Positions 29,279-39,044 of a DNA stretch of 64,000 bases are shown here, piece by piece. Position 1 is the stretch's first letter; each line of letters begins with the position of its first letter. The stretch is taken from assembly GCA_000002435.2 (NCBI GenBank), contig CM018790.1; one strand, 5' to 3'. Under the pieces are notes generated by a model. The model was not told where the DNA came from. It worked only from the letters and a program-made list of their open reading frames with translations, and searched no databases. Both the position numbers and the translations under genes were made by a program. Origin of the DNA: Giardia intestinalis (Eukaryota).

Positions 29279-32200
29279 TCAATCCTCTATCTCCATGACC
29301 CCATCATACCACTGCTTCGGTGGAAGGTTCTTGGAGTATGGGTTGCCAAATGCTATTTTCAAACCCTCAAGCTTTATTCTAACAGTCTTACTAATGGCCT
29401 TTCCGACCTGCCCAACCGATTGGTAGACGTCTATAACGTTGCAGAATTCGCTGGAGTAGAATAGCAGACTGTCTGTCAGCTCAATAAAGGCAAGCATTAA
29501 GTCATCGCGCAACGACAGGGTAGAGAGCCACTCAGCCTTCTCCGCAAACCACTTTTGGATGTCTAGTACGATATAGTTAAAAACGTTCTTGAAATACGTG
29601 CCTGCAAGCTGTTCCGACCACCCATATACACGGGCAAGGCTGGTATAGAGCGAAAATGTACTTAGCGCCAGCTTCAACACCTCAGTACGCAGAAGAGCGC
29701 TTCTCTCTGGCCTTTTTATATAATCTTTTCCGACAGCAGGAGCTCCCGCAGCTTGCTCCAAACTGGCCACTTCACTTGTGTAATTTTCAGGGAGGACTCC
29801 GTAGATGTTCCCTCCAACAATTACATAATCCTTGAACACCTTGCAGGTAAATGCCAGGAGATTGCAACCTGCAAACACCTCATTAGTGAGAAGGTGCAAG
29901 TGGTCCTTGAGGGCTAGGCGCTTCTGCTGAATGAAGAAGGCATCGAGGGGCTTTGCAGGGGGGTCCGAGAGGGCCTTGATGTGAGCAGTCACGATGCTGT
30001 CGAGGGTCATGGTTGCATTAACGAGAATGTTAAAGACACGCAAAAAAGCATAAATATCGTCGCCTTCCACCTTGATTTCAAAGGAGTCCGGATTGATGAC
30101 CTTTGGAAAGACCTTCTCCAGCGTATATGTGCACCCGCAGTTAGCAACAAAGATCTGCCACATGCGCTCGTCACTCACTGCATTGCTTATTCCGTCAATT
30201 ATCAGGTCTGTATGTATGTTCCCATGTATATAGGACTGCAGGAAGTACTTTCGAAGTTCTGGATTCAGCGACAGCTTCTTGGTACGGAGGGCATTGACAA
30301 CTATCGTGAGAGCAACCTCGTGATATTGTGAGCTATTAAATAAGCAGAGAAGCATTGACTGGGAGTTGATCAATCGGTGGTAGCTTCCAACAATGGCCTC
30401 CGTAAAGAGAGCAATCTCGTCAGACCTCACCATTTCGCCCATAAATAGGCCAACTTCCTGTATGTCCCTAGTGATCTTTACAAAAATGGGCTCTGGTGCC
30501 GCAGACTGCATCTGGGTGGGGTCTATGATTTTGCCATCTTCCTGAGGTTTGACAGATTCGGAAACCTTGGTGCTAGGGAGCCGCAACATGAAAGACACAG
30601 ATTCCTTGATGTAAGCGTCTATCGTGGTGCATGTGTTGAAGAATCCATATGCTCTTCCACGCTCTAAACTTACAGATAGAATAGTTGCAGCGGCGTGTCG
30701 AATGTATCTGAAGAACTCAATTGCATAGTTAAATAACTGTAAGTTGTCCTTACCGTGCACTTTTGCCAACTCTGTGCTCCCCTCTGGTATCTCATTAAAG
30801 AGAGAAAAGTTATGTGTGTCTTTTAGAAGATTCATAATTGCAAATGTAAGCCCCTTTACCTTACGAGTGGTGTCAGAAATGTAGAATAAGTGATCGCGAA
30901 CGAGGTGATGCGCTGGATGGTTAAGCACGCAAGCGGTGATGCCTAGAAGTAACTTGGACATTTGTATGTATTCGGGGTTAAGCTGAAAGAACGAAGGGCT
31001 TCCCTTCTTGTCAGCAGTTGTGATTTGCTGTTGGAGCATGGCCTGGTCGATTCCCTCTATCCGTATCAGTTTCGTCTCACTCTCTTGTGCTGTGGCTGCA
31101 CCCTGTGCGGCATCAGCACCTTTGGCATCAGAAGACGGTCTCTCCGAGACTTGCTTTTGTGATTGGTGAAGGTTGGTCAGCATAGCTGTTTCATAGAGCT
31201 CTCGGGGCGGTACTGTATTAAAAGCGGTGTTGGCAAGAGCAAACAAGCAAGACTCCAGATTGAGCACCATGCGGCGGCTCAAGTAGAACGGCACGTGAGG
31301 CTTTGTATATGACTGGTAAAACTCATCGAGCACCTGGAGCGAGGGAATAGACTTGAAGCTGTTCCTGATGTTTATGCTATTTCCCTGTAGCATGTTCGCC
31401 TTCAAGACCTGGGCACAGATGTCGAGATAGACGTGAATGGCCCCTGACAGAAGTGTAAACGCGTTTATGTATGCTGCACGGAACAAGATCTCTCTTTTTT
31501 CCTTGGTTCTTATCGTCTTAAGCCGGGTCCTAGAGGCCTCTAAGACAGACTCGAGCTTGCTCTGGGGATAGTCAGTTATGGAAAGAGTAGACATGATATG
31601 GATGTCCAGATTCTTCACCTTTGTGAGCCGCGCTTGTAATTCTCGTATGTTTTGTCCGGGGAGGCGATTAAGGTAGTATTTGTCGATTGCGTTGGAGCGG
31701 TCTCCCTCTGCCTCCATGCCCATGGATATAATAGAGGTGTAGTCGCTCAGCAGCGAAGGTGCATCATTGACTATCCGACTGCAATCTACTATAGTATTTT
31801 GGACAACTCTACGCAAGTCAATCTTAGGTTCAGAAGATGACTCCGTTAATATGCGATAAAAATTGTGATTGGTTGCAGTGGACGGGTTCTTGAGTACATT
31901 AAACGTATTGAAATCGAAAAAGAATAGCAGAGCTAAGGCTAGGCATAGATACGGCTTCAAAATAGTTGCCTCAGAGTTAATGTAGAAGAACAGGAACGTC
32001 TTGTAGTGTGAGTAAAGAAATGGAAGCCCCCTATAGTCCTTCGGCTTGCTCCAGTGGGCCTCGAAGGCCTTATCTGTCCCTCTAAAGAAAGAGTAAGGCC
32101 GAAGCTGCTCGACAGCGAACGCTTGGCGATATTCTTCAGTGAGCCTGTCCCTCCTAACCGGTTGCTCCTCAAGGATATGCTTGTCCTTGTCTGTGGATAT

Positions 32201-34903
32201 GGCCCCGGAAACTCCCAGTTCTAATACATTGAAGTAATCCATCATGACTTCACCAAAGCTGAGTACAATGAAACAGCTCAAGATCTGCTTATACATTTCC
32301 AAATTTTTGCTCACGAAAGTAAAGTCTAAGTGTGTGAGAATGGTCTTGATGGATCCGATCATGAGAGGAAGAAAATCTGGGGTAATGGCCGATGAAAGAG
32401 CAGAGACAATGATCCGTAGAGACTCGTTGTGAAGACCGATTACTACGTTACTGCAGAGGGACTTTACGGGCAGGTCGTATGTGTCACTTGCAATGGTTTT
32501 GTAAACAAAGGCCAGGCCTGAAACTATTCGTTCAAAGGGTACATAACTCCGTATAAGGTCCAGCTTAAAATAGTTGAAATCTGTCTCGCAGAGAACCCCA
32601 GAGGAAAGCACAGATCGCGGATGCTCTCCTGCGCCTGTGGGTTGGTCCACCCCTGGAAGGATGTTAAACGACGCACAGTAGTATGATGTGAGCATGAGAG
32701 CGAGGTTCTCTACAAACGCACAATAGAGAATGCGGGAATGGAACCTTCTGAGCAGGAATCTCTCCTCGGGGACTTTCCCTTCCTTTATCTCGATTGGCTT
32801 TGCCTCTATCTCAAGGTAAGGGAGGGCTTCCAGGGTCAGAAGATTGTAAATGTCTATTCCATAGAGGATTTTGGAGATATCACCGAGGACACTGTTGAGC
32901 AGATTGTGCTTTAATAGGACGAGATAGATCTGGAGAAGGAGCGCCAGCGTCGCCACAGAGATGGTAAACACCTTCTTTGATTGCCCATCTGGTTTGTGCA
33001 GCAGGGCATTGAGCAGGTTCTGCAGGGGCTCAGACTTCTTTCGTGGATTCCCTACGTCGTCGATCCAGACCTGAAGCACCGCAAGCTCTACAGTTGTGGA
33101 AGCAGTGGATCCCACGCCGGATGCTCCTGCAGAACCAACAATATGGGGGTTAAAGAAAAAGTGGTAGTAGAAGAGAGTAAGTGCAGCCGACGCCCTATCC
33201 AAGTCGTTCCTTCGGTTCATCAGGCCATAGCCGACCCGCGAATCAAAGTATGCATCTCCCAGGTGTGAATTGAGAGCCGAGAGAAAGGCGTGGACTAAAA
33301 ACGAATGAAAAACAGGAGCTCCCTCTGTTAAAATAGAAAAATCCCTTGTGGCAAGTGCAAACTCAGTCAATTTCAATCCTGTCCTACTGTCTTGATAGAG
33401 AAATTTCTCTAAAACTCCTATGTTTGCCAGGATGTCCTTATTGAAGTCTGTCTTTACGATCATTAACAAGGCTCCAGGTCTTTTTGAGAAATAGGAAGCG
33501 CGGCAGAGGCGCGCTAATGCCTTGTGATATGTGGAAACATAGGACTTGAAGGTGTCCAGGCCTTCAAATGGAACGGCGACATTGACCTTAGCTAGAGAAT
33601 GGATTGTCGGGTCCTGCATGATGCAAGTACTATACAAAAGCCCTGTGGTCTTAATGGATATGTTAGCGACTCCCTCATTGTGGTCCGACATGCCAAACTC
33701 GTCTCCTTCTGTTTGCGTCCTTGCAGTATCGCCGGGACCCAGTTCATCGTTGGCAGAGACTGGTGCACTGGCAGGTAGTTTCCTCTGCTCCTTCAGACGC
33801 TCCTCAAACCGTTCTATGTTGGCTAAAAGATGCTTAGGACAAGTGATTTTTCCATCAGATTGAATGGTGATAGCGTGATATACATCTGGATAAGTGTTGT
33901 TTGATATGAAAAGACGCATGGACGTGAGAAACTGCGGTTCGAGTGGTAGCTTGATTCGCTCCTTGATCTTGGCATTGAAGAAGGGGTGAGAAGCTAATTC
34001 ATTCCAAGTGATCCTCTTGAATGGGAAGGGTTGTAGCAGCTTGTAGAGCAAGTCCTTAAAATTAGCGCTTAAGGGGAAGCCTCGATAACTAGATGGGATG
34101 AGGTTGTTGAACAGATGCTCCTCGCCGTGTTGAATGACTCGAAAAGCGTACCTTTGGTAGTCACGTATTCGAACTGTTATGCGTGTTTGTTGCTTGTCTG
34201 GGCTGTCCTCAGAGTCACTGTCATTATACACCAGGTTCTCGGCAGAAGACTTGTCCATAAACTGTTCAAACGGGTAACGCCGAAATAGTATCCTATAGAG
34301 CAGGCAACCAAAGGAGAACAGGTCTGAAGAGATACTATGAGAGCCGTCGGGCAGAAGGGTTTCAGGAGCTTTGTGGAGATAACCATTGGACTTAACGTGC
34401 TTATCAATAACCTCGATGGTGAGAGGCTGATGTTTGACAATTTGGCTTGCAAACTCGAAGTCGGCCAGCTTTATGTTACCGTCAATATCAACAAGGATGT
34501 TACTACCCAGCAGTTCATTGAATGTTATGCCCTTTAAGTGAAGAAAATGAAGGGCGTCTCGGATGTCACTTGCAAACGACTCCACAGAGACCTCGGGCCA
34601 GTAGTGATACTCTCTGCTCAGTAGAGACTCTAAAGACCCGCCCTCGCAGAGCTCCGTTATTAGCCAGATTTCGTCGTTGCTCTGGTACCACGATATGAAG
34701 CGTAGAATATTTGGGTGGACATTCGAGCTGAGGAATGTTGCTTCGACTTGAACCTTCGTCTTTAGCGCCTGAATGCGTGTAGGAGTTTGCTTTGCAGCCA
34801 CATATTCTAGAGATTGCGGCTGCCGGGCACGATAGATAATTGATCCGCTATTCTTTCCTCGGCCAATCTCCTCATAGGTCTTGAACTTGCTGGCGGAGTT
34901 CAT
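29279..34903 (-). CDS. ULK4: ULK4-like pseudokinase: N-terminal degenerate kinase domain plus about 1550 aa helical-repeat region
   Basis: Matches between this protein's N-terminus and human ULK4:
- FKTYEEIGRGKNSGSIIYRAR ~ FILYEEIGRGSKTVVYKGR
- HPNILRFISWYQSNDEIWLITELCEGGSL ~ [29 protein letters not shown]
- SISSDLFSFGCLLYRILFRRYPF ~ [23 protein letters not shown]
- KRITWNELASHPFF ~ KRLTWTRLLQHSFW
The catalytic loop reads HLKGITFNELLGSN, not HRDLKPEN. DFG is replaced by DFE. Confidence 0.7.
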   Translation of the reverse strand: MNSASKFKTYEEIGRGKNSGSIIYRARQPQSLEYVAAKQTPTRIQALKTKVQVEATFLSSNVHPNILRFISWYQSNDEIWLITELCEGGSLESLLSREYHYWPEVSVESFASDIRDALHFLHLKGITFNELLGSNILVDIDGNIKLADFEFASQIVKHQPLTIEVIDKHVKSNGYLHKAPETLLPDGSHSISSDLFSFGCLLYRILFRRYPFEQFMDKSSAENLVYNDSDSEDSPDKQQTRITVRIRDYQRYAFRVIQHGEEHLFNNLIPSSYRGFPLSANFKDLLYKLLQPFPFKRITWNELASHPFFNAKIKERIKLPLEPQFLTSMRLFISNNTYPDVYHAITIQSDGKITCPKHLLANIERFEERLKEQRKLPASAPVSANDELGPGDTARTQTEGDEFGMSDHNEGVANISIKTTGLLYSTCIMQDPTIHSLAKVNVAVPFEGLDTFKSYVSTYHKALARLCRASYFSKRPGALLMIVKTDFNKDILANIGVLEKFLYQDSRTGLKLTEFALATRDFSILTEGAPVFHSFLVHAFLSALNSHLGDAYFDSRVGYGLMNRRNDLDRASAALTLFYYHFFFNPHIVGSAGASGVGSTASTTVELAVLQVWIDDVGNPRKKSEPLQNLLNALLHKPDGQSKKVFTISVATLALLLQIYLVLLKHNLLNSVLGDISKILYGIDIYNLLTLEALPYLEIEAKPIEIKEGKVPEERFLLRRFHSRILYCAFVENLALMLTSYYCASFNILPGVDQPTGAGEHPRSVLSSGVLCETDFNYFKLDLIRSYVPFERIVSGLAFVYKTIASDTYDLPVKSLCSNVVIGLHNESLRIIVSALSSAITPDFLPLMIGSIKTILTHLDFTFVSKNLEMYKQILSCFIVLSFGEVMMDYFNVLELGVSGAISTDKDKHILEEQPVRRDRLTEEYRQAFAVEQLRPYSFFRGTDKAFEAHWSKPKDYRGLPFLYSHYKTFLFFYINSEATILKPYLCLALALLFFFDFNTFNVLKNPSTATNHNFYRILTESSSEPKIDLRRVVQNTIVDCSRIVNDAPSLLSDYTSIISMGMEAEGDRSNAIDKYYLNRLPGQNIRELQARLTKVKNLDIHIMSTLSITDYPQSKLESVLEASRTRLKTIRTKEKREILFRAAYINAFTLLSGAIHVYLDICAQVLKANMLQGNSINIRNSFKSIPSLQVLDEFYQSYTKPHVPFYLSRRMVLNLESCLFALANTAFNTVPPRELYETAMLTNLHQSQKQVSERPSSDAKGADAAQGAATAQESETKLIRIEGIDQAMLQQQITTADKKGSPSFFQLNPEYIQMSKLLLGITACVLNHPAHHLVRDHLFYISDTTRKVKGLTFAIMNLLKDTHNFSLFNEIPEGSTELAKVHGKDNLQLFNYAIEFFRYIRHAAATILSVSLERGRAYGFFNTCTTIDAYIKESVSFMLRLPSTKVSESVKPQEDGKIIDPTQMQSAAPEPIFVKITRDIQEVGLFMGEMVRSDEIALFTEAIVGSYHRLINSQSMLLCLFNSSQYHEVALTIVVNALRTKKLSLNPELRKYFLQSYIHGNIHTDLIIDGISNAVSDERMWQIFVANCGCTYTLEKVFPKVINPDSFEIKVEGDDIYAFLRVFNILVNATMTLDSIVTAHIKALSDPPAKPLDAFFIQQKRLALKDHLHLLTNEVFAGCNLLAFTCKVFKDYVIVGGNIYGVLPENYTSEVASLEQAAGAPAVGKDYIKRPERSALLRTEVLKLALSTFSLYTSLARVYGWSEQLAGTYFKNVFNYIVLDIQKWFAEKAEWLSTLSLRDDLMLAFIELTDSLLFYSSEFCNVIDVYQSVGQVGKAISKTVRIKLEGLKIAFGNPYSKNLPPKQWYDGVMEIED

Positions 34904-34938
34904 GGCGGGGCGCCGATTAAATTATTGAACCAGAATTG

Positions 34939-35853
34939 CTAGAATTTACCTGCTGCCACGGACAGGCCTGCTAAGAGATCGCTTAGCACCGGGTCCTCGG
35001 CCTTTGTCTTTGCCGTCACGTAGCCGAAGTAGTCACTCAGGCTGCTGATCTGCTCTTCGTCCTGCGGTCCGTCCCCGTCCTGAACGTTGGTCTTGAAGGC
35101 GCCCATCTGCACCTTCAGCGCCTCGTCCGGAGAGGACGACTGGCATATCATGGTGTGGGAATCCATCCCAGGCGGGATGCGCAGTATCGCTTCGTCTTCG
35201 TCGATCGTGAAGTCGAAGGCGTGCGCACCCCCCTTGGTATGTCCCAGCAAGTGTCTCGCAATGGGGCCCGTGTCGTCTGTGCCGGCTGCAGAGTAGACGG
35301 TTGTTCTTTGGGGGCACGCAGAGCCATCGGAGGACGGAAAGAGCTTGGCGTTGGCGACCAGGGCCAGGGCCCGAACGCACCGGAGGGCGATGCTGCGGCT
35401 CACAGGGTTTGTGTTCTGCAGCTGGGTGCTGTCTGTCAGCAGGATGGTGCAGCTGGAGAAGCGCTGGCGCTTGCTAAGCGCGTAGACGGCATCCAGCCAG
35501 GCCTTCGTCTCCGTGACGCACAGCGAAACCGAGGCGGCAGAAATTAAAAGAACGAGATGCAGCTGCTCAGGGTCAGCGAAGAAGTCAAGGTCGTGCAACT
35601 TGTCCTTCAGAAGCCCAGAGGAACCCAAAATAAAACAGGAAACAGGAGCTGCATCGTCTGCACCGCGGTCAGACGAGACCAGTAAAGTGGTGTATTTTGA
35701 TGTGCCAGGGGGGATTATAACCTGCTTTCCGAGCAGCCGCGTGGCAAGCGCGCCCTTGTATGCGTCCCCATTGCCCAGGAGTACAAATGTGGCCGGCGAG
35801 CCTTTCGCATCGCAGCCCTCCGTGAAGGGCGCAAGAATGTCCTGGATGCTCAT
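34939..35853 (-). CDS. Possible dynein light intermediate chain-like protein (DLIC/D2LIC family) with degenerate P-loop; 304 aa from first ATG
   Basis: TFVLLGNGDAYKGALATRLLG resembles a degraded GxxGxGKT P-loop as in F..GSKNGGKTTIILRCL. VSCFILGSSGLLKDKLHDLDFFADPEQLHLVLLISAAS resembles D2LIC [38 protein letters not shown]. The gene is GC-rich. Track ORF to 35883 starts on a non-ATG. Confidence 0.35.
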   Translation of the reverse strand: MSIQDILAPFTEGCDAKGSPATFVLLGNGDAYKGALATRLLGKQVIIPPGTSKYTTLLVSSDRGADDAAPVSCFILGSSGLLKDKLHDLDFFADPEQLHLVLLISAASVSLCVTETKAWLDAVYALSKRQRFSSCTILLTDSTQLQNTNPVSRSIALRCVRALALVANAKLFPSSDGSACPQRTTVYSAAGTDDTGPIARHLLGHTKGGAHAFDFTIDEDEAILRIPPGMDSHTMICQSSSPDEALKVQMGAFKTNVQDGDGPQDEEQISSLSDYFGYVTAKTKAEDPVLSDLLAGLSVAAGKF

Positions 35854-36247
35854 TTTAATTCTTTGCCAGATCTCCCAAGCCACCTCCCTGCTTCCTGTGG
35901 CTTATCAAAAGTGCAGAGTCTGTTGCCTGGGGGTCGCGCTTCGCTGCACAGAAGCTTACATTGGCACCAGACGGCTCCGTGCACTCAGATTGATGGACAG
36001 AAGGGGTCAGTTCGTAAGATCTGTCTCACTAAGGGCGCTTTGGTTGCAATCCCACGACTTCAGAGGCTTCTGTGCTGATTGGGATTGGGCAATGATGCGC
36101 GAGGAAAAGCGTTCGACCAGGAGGTAGCAAGGCTGAGGCTCACCGAATCCATGATTGTTATCTACCCACAGATTCTGCGAAAATTGGACCCGATACAGTA
36201 ATTGTTAGTTTGGCGTAATAGAAAGCGTGAATCTAATTGCGCATGAC

Positions 36248-37077
36248 ATGGTCAGTGAGAGTCCCACTCGTGCTGCAGAGAGCGCTGGCAGTGGCTCCGA
36301 TAGCATCCCCATGTTCAGTCCCGAAGAGCTGTATCGGCGTGAAGGCGAGCTGCTAGGCAAGGGGCCTTCGGAGTCGTCATGTACGAGCTTGCTACTATGA
36401 ATTTGCCGAGCTTTTCACACTTTGGGAGCCAGAGGACGCGAAAGCAGTCTTTGACAATGAGTGGAGGCCTGATTTGGACACCATCACAGATGAATTCGTA
36501 AGAACTGTCATCGAGAAGATATTATCCTGGACTCGGCAGAGCAGCCCACAGCCAGGGAGTTTCATAGTCTGCTCCGGGAGCTGAACGCTTCAGAAGTAGG
36601 GATCAGGCTTCACATCAGTGCGTTGGAGAGCATCCTGGAAGATGCCAATGCTAGGGACGATCCCCTCGAGAAGGCCCTTCAAGCCGAGTCAGCTGAGAAC
36701 AAAGGCCTGAAGGAGACTATCTCTGCTCAGACTGTCGAGCTGGACTTTCCAAAGAAGGTCTCAGGAAGCTGGCCGCTCGAGACTCATCGTGGATCCCGCT
36801 CATACGGGGTGCCGAAAGAGGTGACGTAGAGGCTGTTAAAGCAATTTCTCCTCTTCACATGGGAAGGACAGCAAGATATGTCAAAACAGACAGATGGAGT
36901 GTGCATGGAGGAACAGCACTGATGATAGCAGCACGAGGACATGCAGAAGTGGTGAGGCTATTAGTGAAACACGAGAGTGGCATGAAGGATAGATATAACT
37001 GGACTCCCCTTAATCATGCAAAGTCACGGAATAACCGGGAGTGTATGGAGCTTCTTCGAGGTGACCAACCGTTCTGA
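36248..37077 (+). pseudogene. Decayed NEK-kinase / coiled-coil / ankyrin-repeat gene remnant (frameshifted, internally deleted)
   Basis: Recognisable pieces sit in three different frames, broken by stops:
- Kinase start YRREGELLGKG followed directly by (G)AFGVVMYELATMNLPSF. Subdomain I is fused to subdomain IX-like sequence.
- Kinase C-lobe-like DEFVRTVIEKILSWTRQSSPQP.
- Coiled coil LESILEDANARDDPLEKALQAESAENKGLKETISAQTVEL.
- Ankyrin repeats IPLIRGAERGDVEAVKAI and GGTALMIAARGHAEVVRLLVKHE...WTPLNHA. Confidence 0.45.
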
Positions 37078-37499
37078 AGATCTCCGCTGCATCTTAATGA
37101 ATTTAGTGATCCCAACTTCTAACAGAACTAAGCAATCCAGTAGGCCCCCGGTGCTAGCCCAATCAATAGTACGTCCCTCTCTAAATCCTTCGGTGGACAT
37201 AGCGATCAGGGGCCCAGCCCCACCTGCACATAGAGCCTTGCATAATGTAGGAGATGCAAGATACTGTCGCTAACAGCATGGCTGTGCGATCGGCAGGCAG
37301 AAAGCGAGTGAAGGACCTCGTTGACAGTGGCACCCTGGATCAAGTGCACTCGCTGGAGTTGGCGATTCACACATAGAATGGAGTCCCCATGTGGCTGTCC
37401 TGACCTCGTTCTGGTCTAGATGATGAAGTACGACCCTTACTGTACGTAGCCTTTCACACTGACAACTGCTGACTTGTAGACCCCTACTGGTATAAAAGC

Positions 37500-39044
37500 A
37501 TGGCAACAGCCCTCATCTTAGCAGGAGGGAAGGGGACACGTCTCAGACCAATGACAGACAGCACGCCCAAGCCGCTGCTGCGAACCCCACACCGGACAAT
37601 CCTCGAAACCCAGATCCAGAGCCTCTACGAGCACGGTGTGCGCTCTGTGTATGTCCTCATTCATCAGTCTCAGCATGACTCTTACAAGGCGTGCGTTGAC
37701 AGCCTTGATGTAAGGCACCACATGCAGATAGTCTTGGTTACAGAGCACGAGTGGTTGGGAACAGCAGGCGCTGTTGTTAGCTGTTTGTGGGCCTACCCGG
37801 AGCTTTCCAAGCTGACACACATCCTCATCATGAACGGAGACGTTGTCTGCCGCTATCCCTTCTCATCGTTGATCTCTACCTACAAGTCGCAGAACTGCGC
37901 GTGCCTACTAACACACTTCTCCACTCGGGACCCATCGCAGTATGGGCTGCTGAGGCTGACCAGAGAAAACGGGCCGTCGGCTCTGTCACTGTCTGAATTA
38001 TCAGATCGGCCCTCACTGCCTTCCTCCTCCGCGGGCTCTGAGCTGAGCGAGTCCTTATCCGCTGGAGACGGGCTGCTATCGTCCTTCGGCCCTGCTAGCT
38101 CTGCCGAATCAGCAGACATCCTATTCGAAGATCCCACCGACGCCAGCGCCGAGAGTGACAGCGTGGCATCGGTCTCCTCAGCGGTCGATGCACGCCAAGT
38201 AATGAGGATAAGAGATTATAACCGAATCCACCGCGGTGGAGCAAGCATCGCAAGGGTCTCCACGCCACACCTCCCCAGCTCTCCGGCGGGACTGCGGGTC
38301 AACAGCCGTCGAAGCGATAGAACTAGGAGCAGGTCCAGAGATAGGCCCAGAGGGGGTGTGCAGATGGGATCCCTGGGACCGCAGCTGGACTTGTCGTACG
38401 GGCAGATATCTCTGGTGGACTGCTCAAACAGACACTTGCGCTCCCTCCCCACTCAGACCGCCTCCAGAACCTCCACACGATCATCCTCGGGCGCCACCAT
38501 CCGTCTGGGCAGGGTGTCAGCGTTCATAGAAAAGCCTTGTTTTGTGGCAGTGGAGAGCCAGCAGGACAGAGCTGGCCACGGAGTCTCGTATGCAAATGCC
38601 GGGATCTATGTCATCAACCCCGCTCTCCTGCTGGCGTTCCCGGTCCCCTGCTCTATGGAGCAGGGAGTCTTTCCCATCCTTCTGTCACGGAAGCTGGACG
38701 TGCTGTCGTTCTACATCGGCACGGAGAAGACGTGGAGTGACATGGGGACCGTCGCGGGATTTATAAGGGGGTGTCAGCTGTTGAACGGAGTCCCGGCGTT
38801 TGACCAGGGCTCAAACTCATCCACACGGCTGGGAAGTGAGGCACACAAGTCTATGTCAAAGAATGGCCTTCGGGGCAATGTCACAGGCGACGATGTGCGT
38901 ATCGCGAGGGGGGCGCACGTCGCCAACTGCGTAATATACGACAATACAGTCGTGCCGCCCGGAGTGCATCTGGAGGGATGCATTGTTTGTTCAGGGGAAG
39001 GGCTGGCGCAGGGCAAGCACTATTACAACAAAATCATACCTTAG
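37500..39044 (+). CDS. Sugar-1-phosphate nucleotidyltransferase (GDP-mannose pyrophosphorylase-like, NTP_transferase + left-handed beta-helix) with about 180-aa Ser/Arg-rich insertion
   Basis: N-terminal ALILAGGKGTRLRPMTDSTPKPLL (compare [24 protein letters not shown]). GTAGAV and a VSAFIEKP...NAGIYVINPALL...FPILLSRKLDVLSFYIGTEKTWSDMGT core. C-terminal LbH repeats VRIARGAHVANCVIYDNTVVPPGVHLEGCIV. Residues 150-340 are low-complexity S/A/R-rich, including RSDRTRSRSRDRPRGG. The ATG at 37500 is directly preceded by TATAAAAG. Confidence 0.7.
   Translation: MATALILAGGKGTRLRPMTDSTPKPLLRTPHRTILETQIQSLYEHGVRSVYVLIHQSQHDSYKACVDSLDVRHHMQIVLVTEHEWLGTAGAVVSCLWAYPELSKLTHILIMNGDVVCRYPFSSLISTYKSQNCACLLTHFSTRDPSQYGLLRLTRENGPSALSLSELSDRPSLPSSSAGSELSESLSAGDGLLSSFGPASSAESADILFEDPTDASAESDSVASVSSAVDARQVMRIRDYNRIHRGGASIARVSTPHLPSSPAGLRVNSRRSDRTRSRSRDRPRGGVQMGSLGPQLDLSYGQISLVDCSNRHLRSLPTQTASRTSTRSSSGATIRLGRVSAFIEKPCFVAVESQQDRAGHGVSYANAGIYVINPALLLAFPVPCSMEQGVFPILLSRKLDVLSFYIGTEKTWSDMGTVAGFIRGCQLLNGVPAFDQGSNSSTRLGSEAHKSMSKNGLRGNVTGDDVRIARGAHVANCVIYDNTVVPPGVHLEGCIVCSGEGLAQGKHYYNKIIP

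Noticed and set aside
35033-36127. Cluster of 60-200-codon ORFs in several frames on both strands (for example 35033-35380, 35155-35547 and 35513-36127)
   Set aside because: They all overlap the GC-rich DLIC-like gene and one another. Their products are Arg/Ala/Gly-rich nonsense typical of stop-poor frames in high-GC DNA, and none has a motif.
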